In this document: piece by piece, positions 22,153 through 30,714 of the stretch
Layout of the letters: each line of letters starts with the position of its first letter
Numbering within the stretch: position 1 is the stretch's first letter
Origin: an uncultured Acidobacteriota bacterium
Lineage (GTDB): Bacteria > Acidobacteriota > JAQAZP01
NCBI GenBank assembly: GCA_963836075.1
Contig: CAWIIB010000001.1
Span: forward strand, 544,001-608,000
Direction: 5' to 3'
Length of the DNA: 64,000 nucleotides
Notes under the pieces: model-generated
Told to the model about the DNA's origin: nothing
Databases searched by the model: none
Seen by the model: only the letters and a program-made list of their open reading frames with translations
Translations under genes and position numbers: made by a program

Positions 22153-22581
22153 CTATTTGAACACCAGCGCCTTGGTGGGACAGAACATGGCGCAGGCCGG
22201 CCTGCCGCCACAGATATCGCACTTGGCCACCACCGCGGCCGGTTCGTCAAAAACCATGTTGCCGAAGGGGCAGGCAACCACACAGGACATGCAGCGGACA
22301 CACCGCTCCTCGTCCAGATCGATGGCCCCGGTCTCCTCGTTGCGGATCAGGGCCTCCACCGGGCAGGCCCGCACACAGGCCGCCACTTCGCATTGCAGGC
22401 AGAGCACCGGGACAAAGGTCTCGTTGCCGGTGTCGTGGACCCGGACCCGCGAGCGGCGCAGGCGCCCTCCCCCCTCGGTGTGAGCAAAGGTGCAGGCCAG
22501 TTCGCAGGTCCGGCAGCCGATGCACTTGCCCGGGGTGACATAGAGTCGTTTCAACTGCAGTGCCAGTTCCTTGTCTACCAT
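22153..22581 (-). CDS. 4x[4Fe-4S] ferredoxin-like protein (CooF/HydN/WorS type)
   Basis: CIGCRTCELAC, CLQCEVAACVRACP, CVRCMSCVVACP, KCDICGG.P.C..FCP. Confidence 0.88.
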   Translation of the reverse strand: MVDKELALQLKRLYVTPGKCIGCRTCELACTFAHTEGGGRLRRSRVRVHDTGNETFVPVLCLQCEVAACVRACPVEALIRNEETGAIDLDEERCVRCMSCVVACPFGNMVFDEPAAVVAKCDICGGRPACAMFCPTKALVFK

Positions 22582-23339
22582 TGCACCATCCTGGAAAAGG
22601 TTCGAGCCGTGTCCCTGCTCCGGCAACTGTCGCACTTCTCGAAGTAGTCGATGGTCAAGCCTTCGCGCTCACAGACATACTCGGCCTGGGCGCGGGTGAT
22701 ATGGGAGGTGCCGCACTCGGCGCAGCACATCATCTCGAACGTCTGGCCCCAGATTTTGCGCTGGCGGCCGTCCTCACGGAAGGTGATGGCATCGGTGGGA
22801 CAGATCCGGGCACAGACCGCGCAGCCCACGCAGCTCTCGGCCGGCTGGTCCAGCGGCAGCCCCACCTTCTTGTTCACCCCGCGGCCCACGGTGGAGATGG
22901 CGTGGTGGCCCATCTGGGCGCAGATCCGCGTGCAGAGGCCGCAGAGCATGCAGTTGTAGGGATCGGCGTCCACGGTGAGGGTGGTTTCCTTGAGGCCGCA
23001 GGCGGCGGCGAGGTCCCGGATCACCGGTGACGTGGGGCAGCGGGCCAGCAGCAGGTCAAGCACGTTGCGGCGGCACTCCAGCACCGCCTCGGAATCGGTG
23101 GCCACCACCAGACCCGGCTCGATGGGATAGAGACAGGCGGTGACCAGCCCCTTCCACCCCTTCCAGTCCCGGTGGGTGATCTCCACCATGCAGAGGCGGC
23201 AGGCACCTGACGGCTCCACCGCCTCGTGGTGGCAGAGGGTGGGAATCCGGATGCCGGCCCGCCCGGCGACCTGGAGAACGGTTTCCCCTTCGGCCCCGCT
23301 CACCGCCGTGCCGTTGATCGTAAAACTGATGAGGCCCAT
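22575..23339 (-). CDS. HydA/NuoG N-terminal-like Fe-S subunit (BfuA-like, no catalytic domain)
   Basis: IPTLC, GACRLCMVE and AC ([2Fe-2S]); CMLCGLCTRIC and CVGCAVCARICP; C-terminal CAEC..CDSC. Only ~254 aa, with no H-cluster or molybdopterin domain. Confidence 0.85.
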   Translation of the reverse strand: MGLISFTINGTAVSGAEGETVLQVAGRAGIRIPTLCHHEAVEPSGACRLCMVEITHRDWKGWKGLVTACLYPIEPGLVVATDSEAVLECRRNVLDLLLARCPTSPVIRDLAAACGLKETTLTVDADPYNCMLCGLCTRICAQMGHHAISTVGRGVNKKVGLPLDQPAESCVGCAVCARICPTDAITFREDGRQRKIWGQTFEMMCCAECGTSHITRAQAEYVCEREGLTIDYFEKCDSCRSRDTARTFSRMVQW

Positions 23340-23374
23340 GACTCTATCCCTCTCTGGCGCCCGGTGCGACCGGG

Positions 23375-25225
23375 TCAATGTACCTCGATGGCTTCATCCG
23401 GACACACGGTGATGCAGGCCCCGCAGCGCGTGCACTTGTCATCGTGAATCTCGTGCCGGGATTTCTTCTTGCCGCTGATGGCGTCGAAGGCGCAGACCTT
23501 GGAGCAGGCCGTGCAGCCGGTGCAGGCGTCGTTGATCGAGTAGGTGATCAGCTCCTTGCAGACGCCCCCGGAGCAGCGGTGGTCCTTGATGTGCGCTTCG
23601 TACTCGTCCCTGAAAAAGGCCAGGGTGCTGTTCACCGGGTTGGCCGCGGATTTGCCGAGGGCGCAGAGCGAGCCGGCGGTGAGCACGGCGGAAAGCCTCT
23701 CGATACTCTGCAGGTCTTCGGGAACGCCCTTGCCGCCGCAGATCCGCTCGAGGATGATCAGCAGCTGCTTGAGCCCCTCGCGGCAGGGGACGCATTTCCC
23801 GCAGGATTCCTCCACCAGGAAATTGACGAAGTAACGGGCCACGTCCACCATGCAGGTGCGGTCGTCCATCACGATCATGCCGCCGGAGCCCATCATCGAC
23901 CCCGCCTCGGTGAGAGTGTCGAAATCCACCGCCAGGTCGAGGGCCGATTGGGGCAGGCAGCCGCCGGAGGGTCCGCCGGTCTGCACCGCCTTGAACGGGC
24001 GGTCGCCGATGATCCCGCCGCCCACACCGAAGATGATGTCGCGCAGGGTCACCCCCATGGGCACTTCCACCAGGCCGGTGTTCTTCACCTTGCCCACCAG
24101 AGAGAAAGCCTTGGTGCCCGGGCTGCCCTTGGTCCCCACGGCGGCAAAGGCTTTGGCGCCCTGGTCAATGATGTAGGGCACGCAGGCGAAGGTCTCCACG
24201 TTGTTCAGCACCGTGGGTTTGTCGTAGAGCCCCTTGACCACCGAGTGGACATACTTGGCCCGCGGTTCGCCCACCTCCCCGGCCACCGATTTCATCAGCG
24301 CCGAGGACTCGCCGCAGACAAAGGCGCCGCCGCCGCGGTTGATCTCGATGGTGAAGTCGAAGCCGCTGCCCAGGATGTCGTCCCCCAGCAGCCCGGCCTC
24401 CCCGGCCTGTTCGATGGCGATGCCCAGCCGCTTGCGGGCCAGCGGGTATTCCTCGCGGACGTAGATGTAGCCCGTGCTCGCGCCCACTGCGTGGGCCCCG
24501 ATGATCATGCCCTCGATCACCGCGTGGGGGTCGCCCTCGCAGATCGAGCGGTCCATGAAAGCCCCGGGGTCGCCCTCGTCGGCGTTGCAGATCACGTAGC
24601 GCGGGTGGTCGTCCACCTTGCGGCAGGTGGCCCACTTGCGTCCGGCGGGAAAACCGCCGCCGCCCCGGCCGCGCAGACCGGACTTGCTCACCACGTCGAT
24701 GACCTTCTCCGGCTTCATGGCCAGCGCCCTGGGCAACGCCTGGTAACCGCCCACCGCCAGGTAGTCGTCCAGCTGCTCCGGGTCGATGCGCCCGATGTTG
24801 CGCAGCACCAGCCGGTGTTGCTTGGCGTAGAAATCGATCAGGTTGTAGGTCTTGATCCGCTCGCCGGTGTCGGGGCTCTTGTAGAGCAGCTTCTCGATCA
24901 CTTCGCCCTTCTGCAGGGTCGATTCCACGATCTTCTTCACGTGGCTCGGCTTGACCTTCTGATAGAAGATCTTTTCCGGCATCAGGATGACCAGCGGGCC
25001 CTGCTCGCAGAAACCGTGGCAACCGGTCTCCTTGATCACCATCCGCACGCCGACCTTCAGCCCGGCGGCTTTGGTCTCGGTGCGGAAGGCCTGGGCCACC
25101 TCGGCACTGCCGCCGGCCAGACAGCCGGTGCCGGCGCAGATCAGGATCTCCCGCTTGACCTTGCCGGCCAGGGCCTGCAGTTTCGTTCTCTGTTTCTCCA
25201 GCGCCCCCGGGCTACTGAACCTCAT
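23375..25225 (-). CDS. HydB/NuoF-like FMN/NADH-binding subunit (BfuB-like)
   Basis: N-terminal thioredoxin-like [2Fe-2S] (CAGTGC..GCHGFC), SGLRGRGGGGFP, NADEGDPGAFMDRS, GGPSGGC, ESCGKCVPCREG, HIKDHRCSGGVC, C-terminal 2x[4Fe-4S]. Confidence 0.92.
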   Translation of the reverse strand: MRFSSPGALEKQRTKLQALAGKVKREILICAGTGCLAGGSAEVAQAFRTETKAAGLKVGVRMVIKETGCHGFCEQGPLVILMPEKIFYQKVKPSHVKKIVESTLQKGEVIEKLLYKSPDTGERIKTYNLIDFYAKQHRLVLRNIGRIDPEQLDDYLAVGGYQALPRALAMKPEKVIDVVSKSGLRGRGGGGFPAGRKWATCRKVDDHPRYVICNADEGDPGAFMDRSICEGDPHAVIEGMIIGAHAVGASTGYIYVREEYPLARKRLGIAIEQAGEAGLLGDDILGSGFDFTIEINRGGGAFVCGESSALMKSVAGEVGEPRAKYVHSVVKGLYDKPTVLNNVETFACVPYIIDQGAKAFAAVGTKGSPGTKAFSLVGKVKNTGLVEVPMGVTLRDIIFGVGGGIIGDRPFKAVQTGGPSGGCLPQSALDLAVDFDTLTEAGSMMGSGGMIVMDDRTCMVDVARYFVNFLVEESCGKCVPCREGLKQLLIILERICGGKGVPEDLQSIERLSAVLTAGSLCALGKSAANPVNSTLAFFRDEYEAHIKDHRCSGGVCKELITYSINDACTGCTACSKVCAFDAISGKKKSRHEIHDDKCTRCGACITVCPDEAIEVH

Positions 25226-25237
25226 ATCCTCACCTGC

Positions 25238-25690
25238 CTAGGTTTTAACAATGCGTTTGATTTTGCTGATCCGCATCTTGCCGTAATATTTCTCGTTGAC
25301 CATCACCACCGGGGCCATGGCGCAGGTGCCCACGCAGTTGACCGATTCCAGGGTGTATTCTCCGCACTCCGTGGTCTGCCCGGGCTTGATCTCCAGCCGG
25401 CGCACCAGCTCGTCCAGCAGCAGCCCGGCGCCGCGTACGTGGCAGGCCGTGCCCATGCAGACGCGGATCACGTTTTTGCCCTTCGGCTCCAGACTGAACG
25501 AGGAGTAGAAGGTGGCCACGCTGTAGACCTTGCTCAGCGGCACGGCCAGCGTCTCCGCTGTCTGCTTCAGCGCCTCGGGGGGCAGGTAGTTGTACTCCAG
25601 CTGAATGTCCTGGAGGATCGAGATCAGTTCGGACGTCTCGGCCGAATGTCGGTCCAGGATACCCTGCAGCGGTTTCAGATCCAGTTCCAT
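25238..25690 (-). CDS. HydC/NuoE-like [2Fe-2S] subunit (BfuC-like)
   Basis: LI.ILQDIQ..YNYLP, VATFY..F, CMGTACHVRG, CVGTCAMAP. Confidence 0.92.
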   Translation of the reverse strand: MELDLKPLQGILDRHSAETSELISILQDIQLEYNYLPPEALKQTAETLAVPLSKVYSVATFYSSFSLEPKGKNVIRVCMGTACHVRGAGLLLDELVRRLEIKPGQTTECGEYTLESVNCVGTCAMAPVVMVNEKYYGKMRISKIKRIVKT

Positions 25691-25709
25691 CCTCGGCACT
25701 CCTCCCCTT

Positions 25710-26243
25710 CTACCGCTTGCAGCCCAGGCGGTGCCCCGCCATCATGGCATTGAGATTGATCTCGGCCACCTTGCCGGAGAATTTTTTCTCCACGAAGGCC
25801 TTGAGATTCTTGATCTGCACGATTGCGGTGCGGCCCACAAAGGCGCCCAGCATCACCATGTTGGTGGCCCGGGGCGAACCGCTCTCGATGGCGATGTCGT
25901 TGGCCGGCACCAGCAGCTCGTCCACGTCGTCCCGCTCCGAGGTGACCTCGATCAGCGAGGAGTTGACGATGATCGTCCCGCCGGACTTGACCCGCGGGGC
26001 GAACTTGTCCATGGAGGGGCGGTTGAGCACCACCAGCGCCTTTGGCGTGGAGATGATCGGCGACCCGATCGGCTCGTCGGAGACCACCACCGTGCAGTAG
26101 GCGGTCCCGCCGCGCATCTCCGGCCCGTAGGAGGGCAGCCAGACCACCTGCTGCCCCTCCTGCATGGCGGTCTTGGCCAGGAATTGGCCGATGGACATGA
26201 TGCCCTGCCCGCCGAATCCCGCGAAAAAGGTTTCCAGCTGCAT
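25710..26243 (-). CDS. 2-oxoacid:ferredoxin oxidoreductase gamma subunit
   Basis: AGFGGQG, PSYGPEMRGGTA, NMVMLGA. Confidence 0.92.
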   Translation of the reverse strand: MQLETFFAGFGGQGIMSIGQFLAKTAMQEGQQVVWLPSYGPEMRGGTAYCTVVVSDEPIGSPIISTPKALVVLNRPSMDKFAPRVKSGGTIIVNSSLIEVTSERDDVDELLVPANDIAIESGSPRATNMVMLGAFVGRTAIVQIKNLKAFVEKKFSGKVAEINLNAMMAGHRLGCKR

Positions 26244-26248
26244 TGTCC

Positions 26249-27013
26249 CTAACCCTCCTTCACCGGGGGCTCTTTGTAGACGCCGAGCGGGTAGAACGGA
26301 ACCATGTTGTCCCTGACCCAGTTGGTGGCTTCCAGCGGTGTGAGGCCCCAGTTGGTGGGACAGGTGGAGAGCACTTCCACCAGGCTGAAGCAGTCGTTGT
26401 TCAGCTGGTGCTGGAAGGCGCGGCGCACCGCCTTCTTGGCCTGGATCGAGTGCTGCGCATCGTGAACCGAGACACGTTCGATATAGGCCGGGGTGACCAG
26501 GGCCGAGAGCAGCTCGGACATCCGGATGGGCTGCCCGGTGTGTTCGGTGTCCCGCCCGAAGGGGCAGGTGCTGGTGACCTGGTTGGACAGCGTGGTGGGA
26601 GCCATCTGGCCGCCGGTCATGCCGTAGATAGCGTTGTTGACGAAGATGGTGGTGAACTTCTCGCCGCGGTTGGCGGCGTGGATGATCTCCGACATGCCGA
26701 TGGAGCAGAGGTCGCCGTCCCCCTGGTAGGTGAAGACCACCAGGTCGGGTCGCACCCGCTTGATACCGGTGGCAAAGGCCGGCGCGCGGCCGTGGGCCGC
26801 TTCCTGGAAGTCGCACTCGAAGTAGTGGTAGATCAGCACCGAACACCCCACCGGCGCCACGCCCACCGCGCGGTCCATCACTCCCAGCTCGTCCAGCGTC
26901 TCAGCCACCATGCGGTGGATCGAGCCGTGGGTGCACCCGGGACAATAGTGGGTGATCTTCTCGGCAAGGGACTCGGGTTTTCTGAAGACGGTCCTGTCCA
27001 GTGTACTGGCCAT
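26249..27013 (-). CDS. 2-oxoacid:ferredoxin oxidoreductase beta subunit (TPP-binding, Vor type)
   Basis: HYCPGCTHG, PVGC, HGRA, YQGDGD, NNAIYGMTGGQMAPTT, CPTNWG. Confidence 0.93.
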   Translation of the reverse strand: MASTLDRTVFRKPESLAEKITHYCPGCTHGSIHRMVAETLDELGVMDRAVGVAPVGCSVLIYHYFECDFQEAAHGRAPAFATGIKRVRPDLVVFTYQGDGDLCSIGMSEIIHAANRGEKFTTIFVNNAIYGMTGGQMAPTTLSNQVTSTCPFGRDTEHTGQPIRMSELLSALVTPAYIERVSVHDAQHSIQAKKAVRRAFQHQLNNDCFSLVEVLSTCPTNWGLTPLEATNWVRDNMVPFYPLGVYKEPPVKEG

Positions 27014-27017
27014 GGTC

Positions 27018-28148
27018 TCAACCCTTTCGACTCTTGGCGGTCTTTTTGGCTCCGGTTTTTGTGCGTGCCGCTTTCTTTTTCGGCGGAGGCGCGCTGGCGG
27101 CCACCAGGCGTTTCACCTCCGCCACCACCTCTTCGGGCGAGGGGACGATCCCGCCGCAGCGGCCGAAGAAGTCCACCGGTTTTTCCCGGCCAATCACCCG
27201 TTCCACGTCCTCCACCATCTGGCCCATGCTCATCTCGACGCTGAGCAGCCGGCCCACCGGTTCGGCGGCCTGGCGCAGCTCTTTCTCGGGGAAGGGAAAG
27301 AGGCTGATCGGCCGGAAGAGGCCCACCGAGATGCGCTGCCGCTTCAGCTCGGCGATGGCCGTCTTGCAGATCCGGGCCATGGTGCCGTAAGCCACCAGCA
27401 TCACCTTGTTGTGGCGGGAACAGTTGTAGCGCTCGTAAAGCACCTCGTGCTTTTTCATCTCTTCATACTTGGCGTAGAGCACCTGGTTGTTTTTTTCCAG
27501 CATCACCGGGTCGAGATGCAGCGAGTGGATCTGGTTCCGCGTCCGGCCCCTGGCGCCGGTGGTGGCCCATGTCTTGGGCGGCAGGTCGCCCTCGTCCGGC
27601 GGGTTGAACTCCACCGGCTCCATCATCTGGCCGATCATGCCGTCGCCCATCACCATCACCGGGTTGCGGTATTTGTCGGCAAGGTAGAAGGCCTTCATGG
27701 TCAGGTCCACCGCTTCCTGGACCGAGGCCGGCGCCAGCACCAGCAGGCGGTAATCGCCGTGGCCGCCCCCCTTGGTGGCCTGGAAGTAGTCGGACTGGGC
27801 CGGCAAAATACCGCCCAGGCCCGGGCCGCCACGGACGATGTTGACGATCACCACCGGCAGCTGGGCCCCGGCGATGTAGGAGATGGCCTCCTGCATCAGG
27901 CTGATCCCGGGGCTGGAGGAAGAGGTGAACACCCGCACGCCGGCGCCGGCCGCGCCGAAGAGCATGTTGCTCACCGCCAGTTCGCTCTCCCCCTGGAGAA
28001 AGACGCCGCCCACCTCGGGCATCCGCTTGGCCAGATACTCGGCCAGCTCGGTCTGGGGAGTGATGGGATAGCAGAAGTAGTTCGTGGCCCCGGCCCGGAT
28101 GGCCGCCTCCCCGATGGCCTCGTTTCCCTTCATCAGCGTTTTTGCCAT
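27018..28148 (-). CDS. vorB: 2-oxoacid:ferredoxin oxidoreductase alpha subunit (3-methyl-2-oxobutanoate dehydrogenase VorB type)
   Basis: MKGNEAIGEAAI.AG, YPITPQTE, TSSSSPGISL.QE, RGGPGLG.I..AQSDYFQ.TKGGGHGDY. Confidence 0.92.
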   Translation of the reverse strand: MAKTLMKGNEAIGEAAIRAGATNYFCYPITPQTELAEYLAKRMPEVGGVFLQGESELAVSNMLFGAAGAGVRVFTSSSSPGISLMQEAISYIAGAQLPVVIVNIVRGGPGLGGILPAQSDYFQATKGGGHGDYRLLVLAPASVQEAVDLTMKAFYLADKYRNPVMVMGDGMIGQMMEPVEFNPPDEGDLPPKTWATTGARGRTRNQIHSLHLDPVMLEKNNQVLYAKYEEMKKHEVLYERYNCSRHNKVMLVAYGTMARICKTAIAELKRQRISVGLFRPISLFPFPEKELRQAAEPVGRLLSVEMSMGQMVEDVERVIGREKPVDFFGRCGGIVPSPEEVVAEVKRLVAASAPPPKKKAARTKTGAKKTAKSRKG

Positions 28149-28180
28149 GACGATCGGTCCTCGTTCGGGGTCAACGCCCC

Positions 28181-28414
28181 TCAGTAGTCAACCAGAATGT
28201 ACTGCACGGCGTTGATGTCCACCTCGATGGCCACATCGGGACAGACGATGGCGCAGAGGCGGCAGCCGATACAGCGGGACGGCTGGCTCACCATGGCGTA
28301 GAAATATCCCTTGACGTTGAGTTCCTTGGACATGGTGATGATCTGCTGGGGACAGGCGGCGTTGCAGAGTTCGCAACCCTTGCAGCGGTCCTTGTCCACG
28401 CGTATCTGGGGCAT
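28181..28414 (-). CDS. 2x[4Fe-4S] ferredoxin, OFOR delta subunit
   Basis: CKGCELC..ACP, N.KGY, CIGCRLCAIVCPD.AI. Confidence 0.9.
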   Translation of the reverse strand: MPQIRVDKDRCKGCELCNAACPQQIITMSKELNVKGYFYAMVSQPSRCIGCRLCAIVCPDVAIEVDINAVQYILVDY

Positions 28415-28446
28415 GGTGACTCCTCGGTCTGATGCCTCCGCCGCCG

Positions 28447-29157
28447 TCACACCGGCAGGCTGGTCAGATCAGTTTTCAGCGGCCCGCCCCATGGCGGCAG
28501 CAGCGAGCGCCGCAGGGGGAGCAGGGGACAATCGAAGAGGTTGGCATCCACAAGACCGGCCATTCTGGTTTCCACCGTCACCAGTCGAACCGGAATACCG
28601 GTCCTGCGGCTCACCTCGCAGGTCAGTTCGTATCCCTGGTAAATCAGTTCCGGAGTGGTCTCCTCCATCAGGTGCGTATTGGAGACCAGGCCCCCCACCG
28701 AGAGCCGCGAGGCGGACTGCACCTCGTCGAGGATCTTGATGCAGCCTTGGGCAGTGCTGGTGAACGGCCGGTTGCCGTTGATCACGAAGAGCAGCAGGGT
28801 GGACTCGGGATCGAGCACGTCGGCCAGGCTGCCCAGCACCCGGGCCCCCACGTCATCCCCGCCCACGTCCCCCACCACCGCCATGAGGTCGTCACCCAGT
28901 GACCCCCGGATCTCGGGCAGGATGATCGGCAGGTCGGCGAAGAACTGCGCACCCTTGGGCGCCACCACTGTGGCCCCCCGCTTTTCCAGCTCGGCGGCAG
29001 CTTCTCGGCAGCGAAAATAGGGGTTGACCACGTCGAGGTCGAGAATTTTCACGGAATAGCCCAGATCGAGGAGGTGATGGCTGTAACTTACTGCAGTTTC
29101 AGACTTTCCGCTGCCATAAGTGCCCGTGAACAGCGTGACTCGTTTCTCCTTGTCCAT
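28447..29157 (-). CDS. uncharacterised P-loop ATPase
   Basis: Walker A GTYGSGKSE, DLDVVNPYFR, DVGGD..GAR.L, NTHL. Confidence 0.85.
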   Translation of the reverse strand: MDKEKRVTLFTGTYGSGKSETAVSYSHHLLDLGYSVKILDLDVVNPYFRCREAAAELEKRGATVVAPKGAQFFADLPIILPEIRGSLGDDLMAVVGDVGGDDVGARVLGSLADVLDPESTLLLFVINGNRPFTSTAQGCIKILDEVQSASRLSVGGLVSNTHLMEETTPELIYQGYELTCEVSRRTGIPVRLVTVETRMAGLVDANLFDCPLLPLRRSLLPPWGGPLKTDLTSLPV

Positions 29158-29210
29158 GGCAGCGGCTTTCCCGTTGAAGACCGTTTCAGTTCAGCTTGAA
29201 GAACGGGGCT

Positions 29211-29239
29211 ACTGTAACAGATCGTTTCATCGACTTCAA
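29211..29239 (-). promoter_or_regulatory. putative promoter of the ATPase-vor-bfu operon
   Basis: TTGAAG-17-TACAGT, about 55 nt upstream of ATG 29157. Confidence 0.5.
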
Positions 29240-29388
29240 GAAAGTCAGCCCGTGGAAGAGGGGTTTCGGGGGTGAGGCGCCATACCCCCTATCCTTTCCC
29301 TGACAACCAGTTACCGTTACAGAGAGGGGTCATTCCCACGCCTCCGGAAGGGTGTGGCGGCGCGGGCCGGGCCGCTGCCGGGCCTGCT

Positions 29389-30714
29389 TCAGCGGGAGGG
29401 GGAATAACCGTGCCGCGGGTCTCCACCGGCGGCCACCAGGACCAGATTCCGCGGGTCGAGGTGGGCCCTTGCGGCCTGGAGGATGCGGGGGGCGGTGACC
29501 TGCTCCACGTTGTCCACATAGTGCTGGATGTGGTTTAGGGGAAGGCCGTTCAGCTCGGCGTCCAGGTAGTAGCCGTTCATATCCTGGTTGGTCTCCAGGC
29601 CGAAGATGTAGTTCCCGGTGATGTAGCGCCGGGCCGATTCCAGTTCTTCCGCCGGCACCGGCTCTTCCCGGATGCGGCGGATCTCGGCCAGGATCCCCTC
29701 CACCGCCAGGGCCTCGTTTTCCGGGGCGGTGCCGATGTAGCAGAGAAAGGCGCCGGGGTCCACACCGGCGGAGGAGGTGATGGAGCCGAAAATGCTGTAA
29801 GCCAGACCCAGCTCATCCCGCAACCGGCTGTTCAGACGGGAGGTGAAACCCCGTCCCAGGATCTTGTCCATCACTTTCAGCGGGAAGAAGTCGGGATCGT
29901 TGCGCCTGATCCCGGGGTGGCCGAGGTAGATGTTCACCTGCTCCTTGCGCATGGGGATCCGCTCGGTCACCAGTCCCCTGCCGGCCAGGCTCGCCGGATC
30001 GGGAGGGTCGGGGGTCTGGCCGGCGTCCCCGGGCTCCCAGGCCCCGAAAAGCGCTTCCACCCGCGCCAGGACCGTTGCGGGATCCACGTCCCCGGACACG
30101 GCCAGACAGGTGACGCCGGGGGCGTAGTGCCGGCGGCGAAACCGGCGGACGTCCTCCGGGGTCAGCGTCCGCAGGGACTCCTCGTAGCCTTCCACCGGCC
30201 GGTGCCGCGGGTGCCCGGCAAAAACCAGCTCGTTAAACCGCTTCAGCGCCACCGAACGGGGGTTGTCCTTTTCGGCCACGATATCGGCCAGCACGCGCTG
30301 CCGCCTCTTTTCGAACTCGCCGGCGTCATACTCCGGCTGAAGCAGCATCCGTGCCGGCAGGTCCAGGGCCGTCTCCAGGTCGGCGGAACTGAGGCTGAGC
30401 GAGATGCCGCTGAGCAGATAGCCGCCGTAGGTCAGCATCATCCCGCCCAGCGACTCCACGCGGTGGCTGATCTCTTCGGTATTCAGCCCGCCGGCGCCGG
30501 AGTCGAGCAGCCGGCCGCTGAGCGCGGCCAGACCGGCCTTGCACTCCTCGTCCTGCCGGGCGCCGGCGCGGACCACCGTCTCCACCGAAATCAGGGGGTG
30601 GCTGCGGTTCTCGCGGATGAACAGCCGCAGCCCGTTGGCCAGCACGTGCCGCTGCACCGGGCCGGGGTCGAACCGGGGCCGCTCCCGCGGGCTGCCGGAC
30701 TGCTGCTGGCCCAT
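29389..30714 (-). CDS. M16 family peptidase, non-catalytic subunit
   Basis: LANGLR, GLAAL..RLL in place of HXXEH, FTSRL..RLR..LGLAYS. TGATG coupling to the upstream gene. Confidence 0.85.
   Translation of the reverse strand: MGQQQSGSPRERPRFDPGPVQRHVLANGLRLFIRENRSHPLISVETVVRAGARQDEECKAGLAALSGRLLDSGAGGLNTEEISHRVESLGGMMLTYGGYLLSGISLSLSSADLETALDLPARMLLQPEYDAGEFEKRRQRVLADIVAEKDNPRSVALKRFNELVFAGHPRHRPVEGYEESLRTLTPEDVRRFRRRHYAPGVTCLAVSGDVDPATVLARVEALFGAWEPGDAGQTPDPPDPASLAGRGLVTERIPMRKEQVNIYLGHPGIRRNDPDFFPLKVMDKILGRGFTSRLNSRLRDELGLAYSIFGSITSSAGVDPGAFLCYIGTAPENEALAVEGILAEIRRIREEPVPAEELESARRYITGNYIFGLETNQDMNGYYLDAELNGLPLNHIQHYVDNVEQVTAPRILQAARAHLDPRNLVLVAAGGDPRHGYSPSR

Noticed and set aside
22575-25690. 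Interpretation as respiratory complex I (nuoEFG) or an [FeFe]-hydrogenase
   Set aside because: There are no membrane or quinone-module genes, and the G/A subunit is only ~254 aa with no H-cluster or molybdopterin-like domain.
23378-25753. Long opposite-strand or alternative-frame ORFs (also 3098..4744, 5699..7330, 7347..9473, 32204..34351, 54260..55834)
   Set aside because: These are shadows of well-supported genes in high-GC DNA and have no recognisable motifs.
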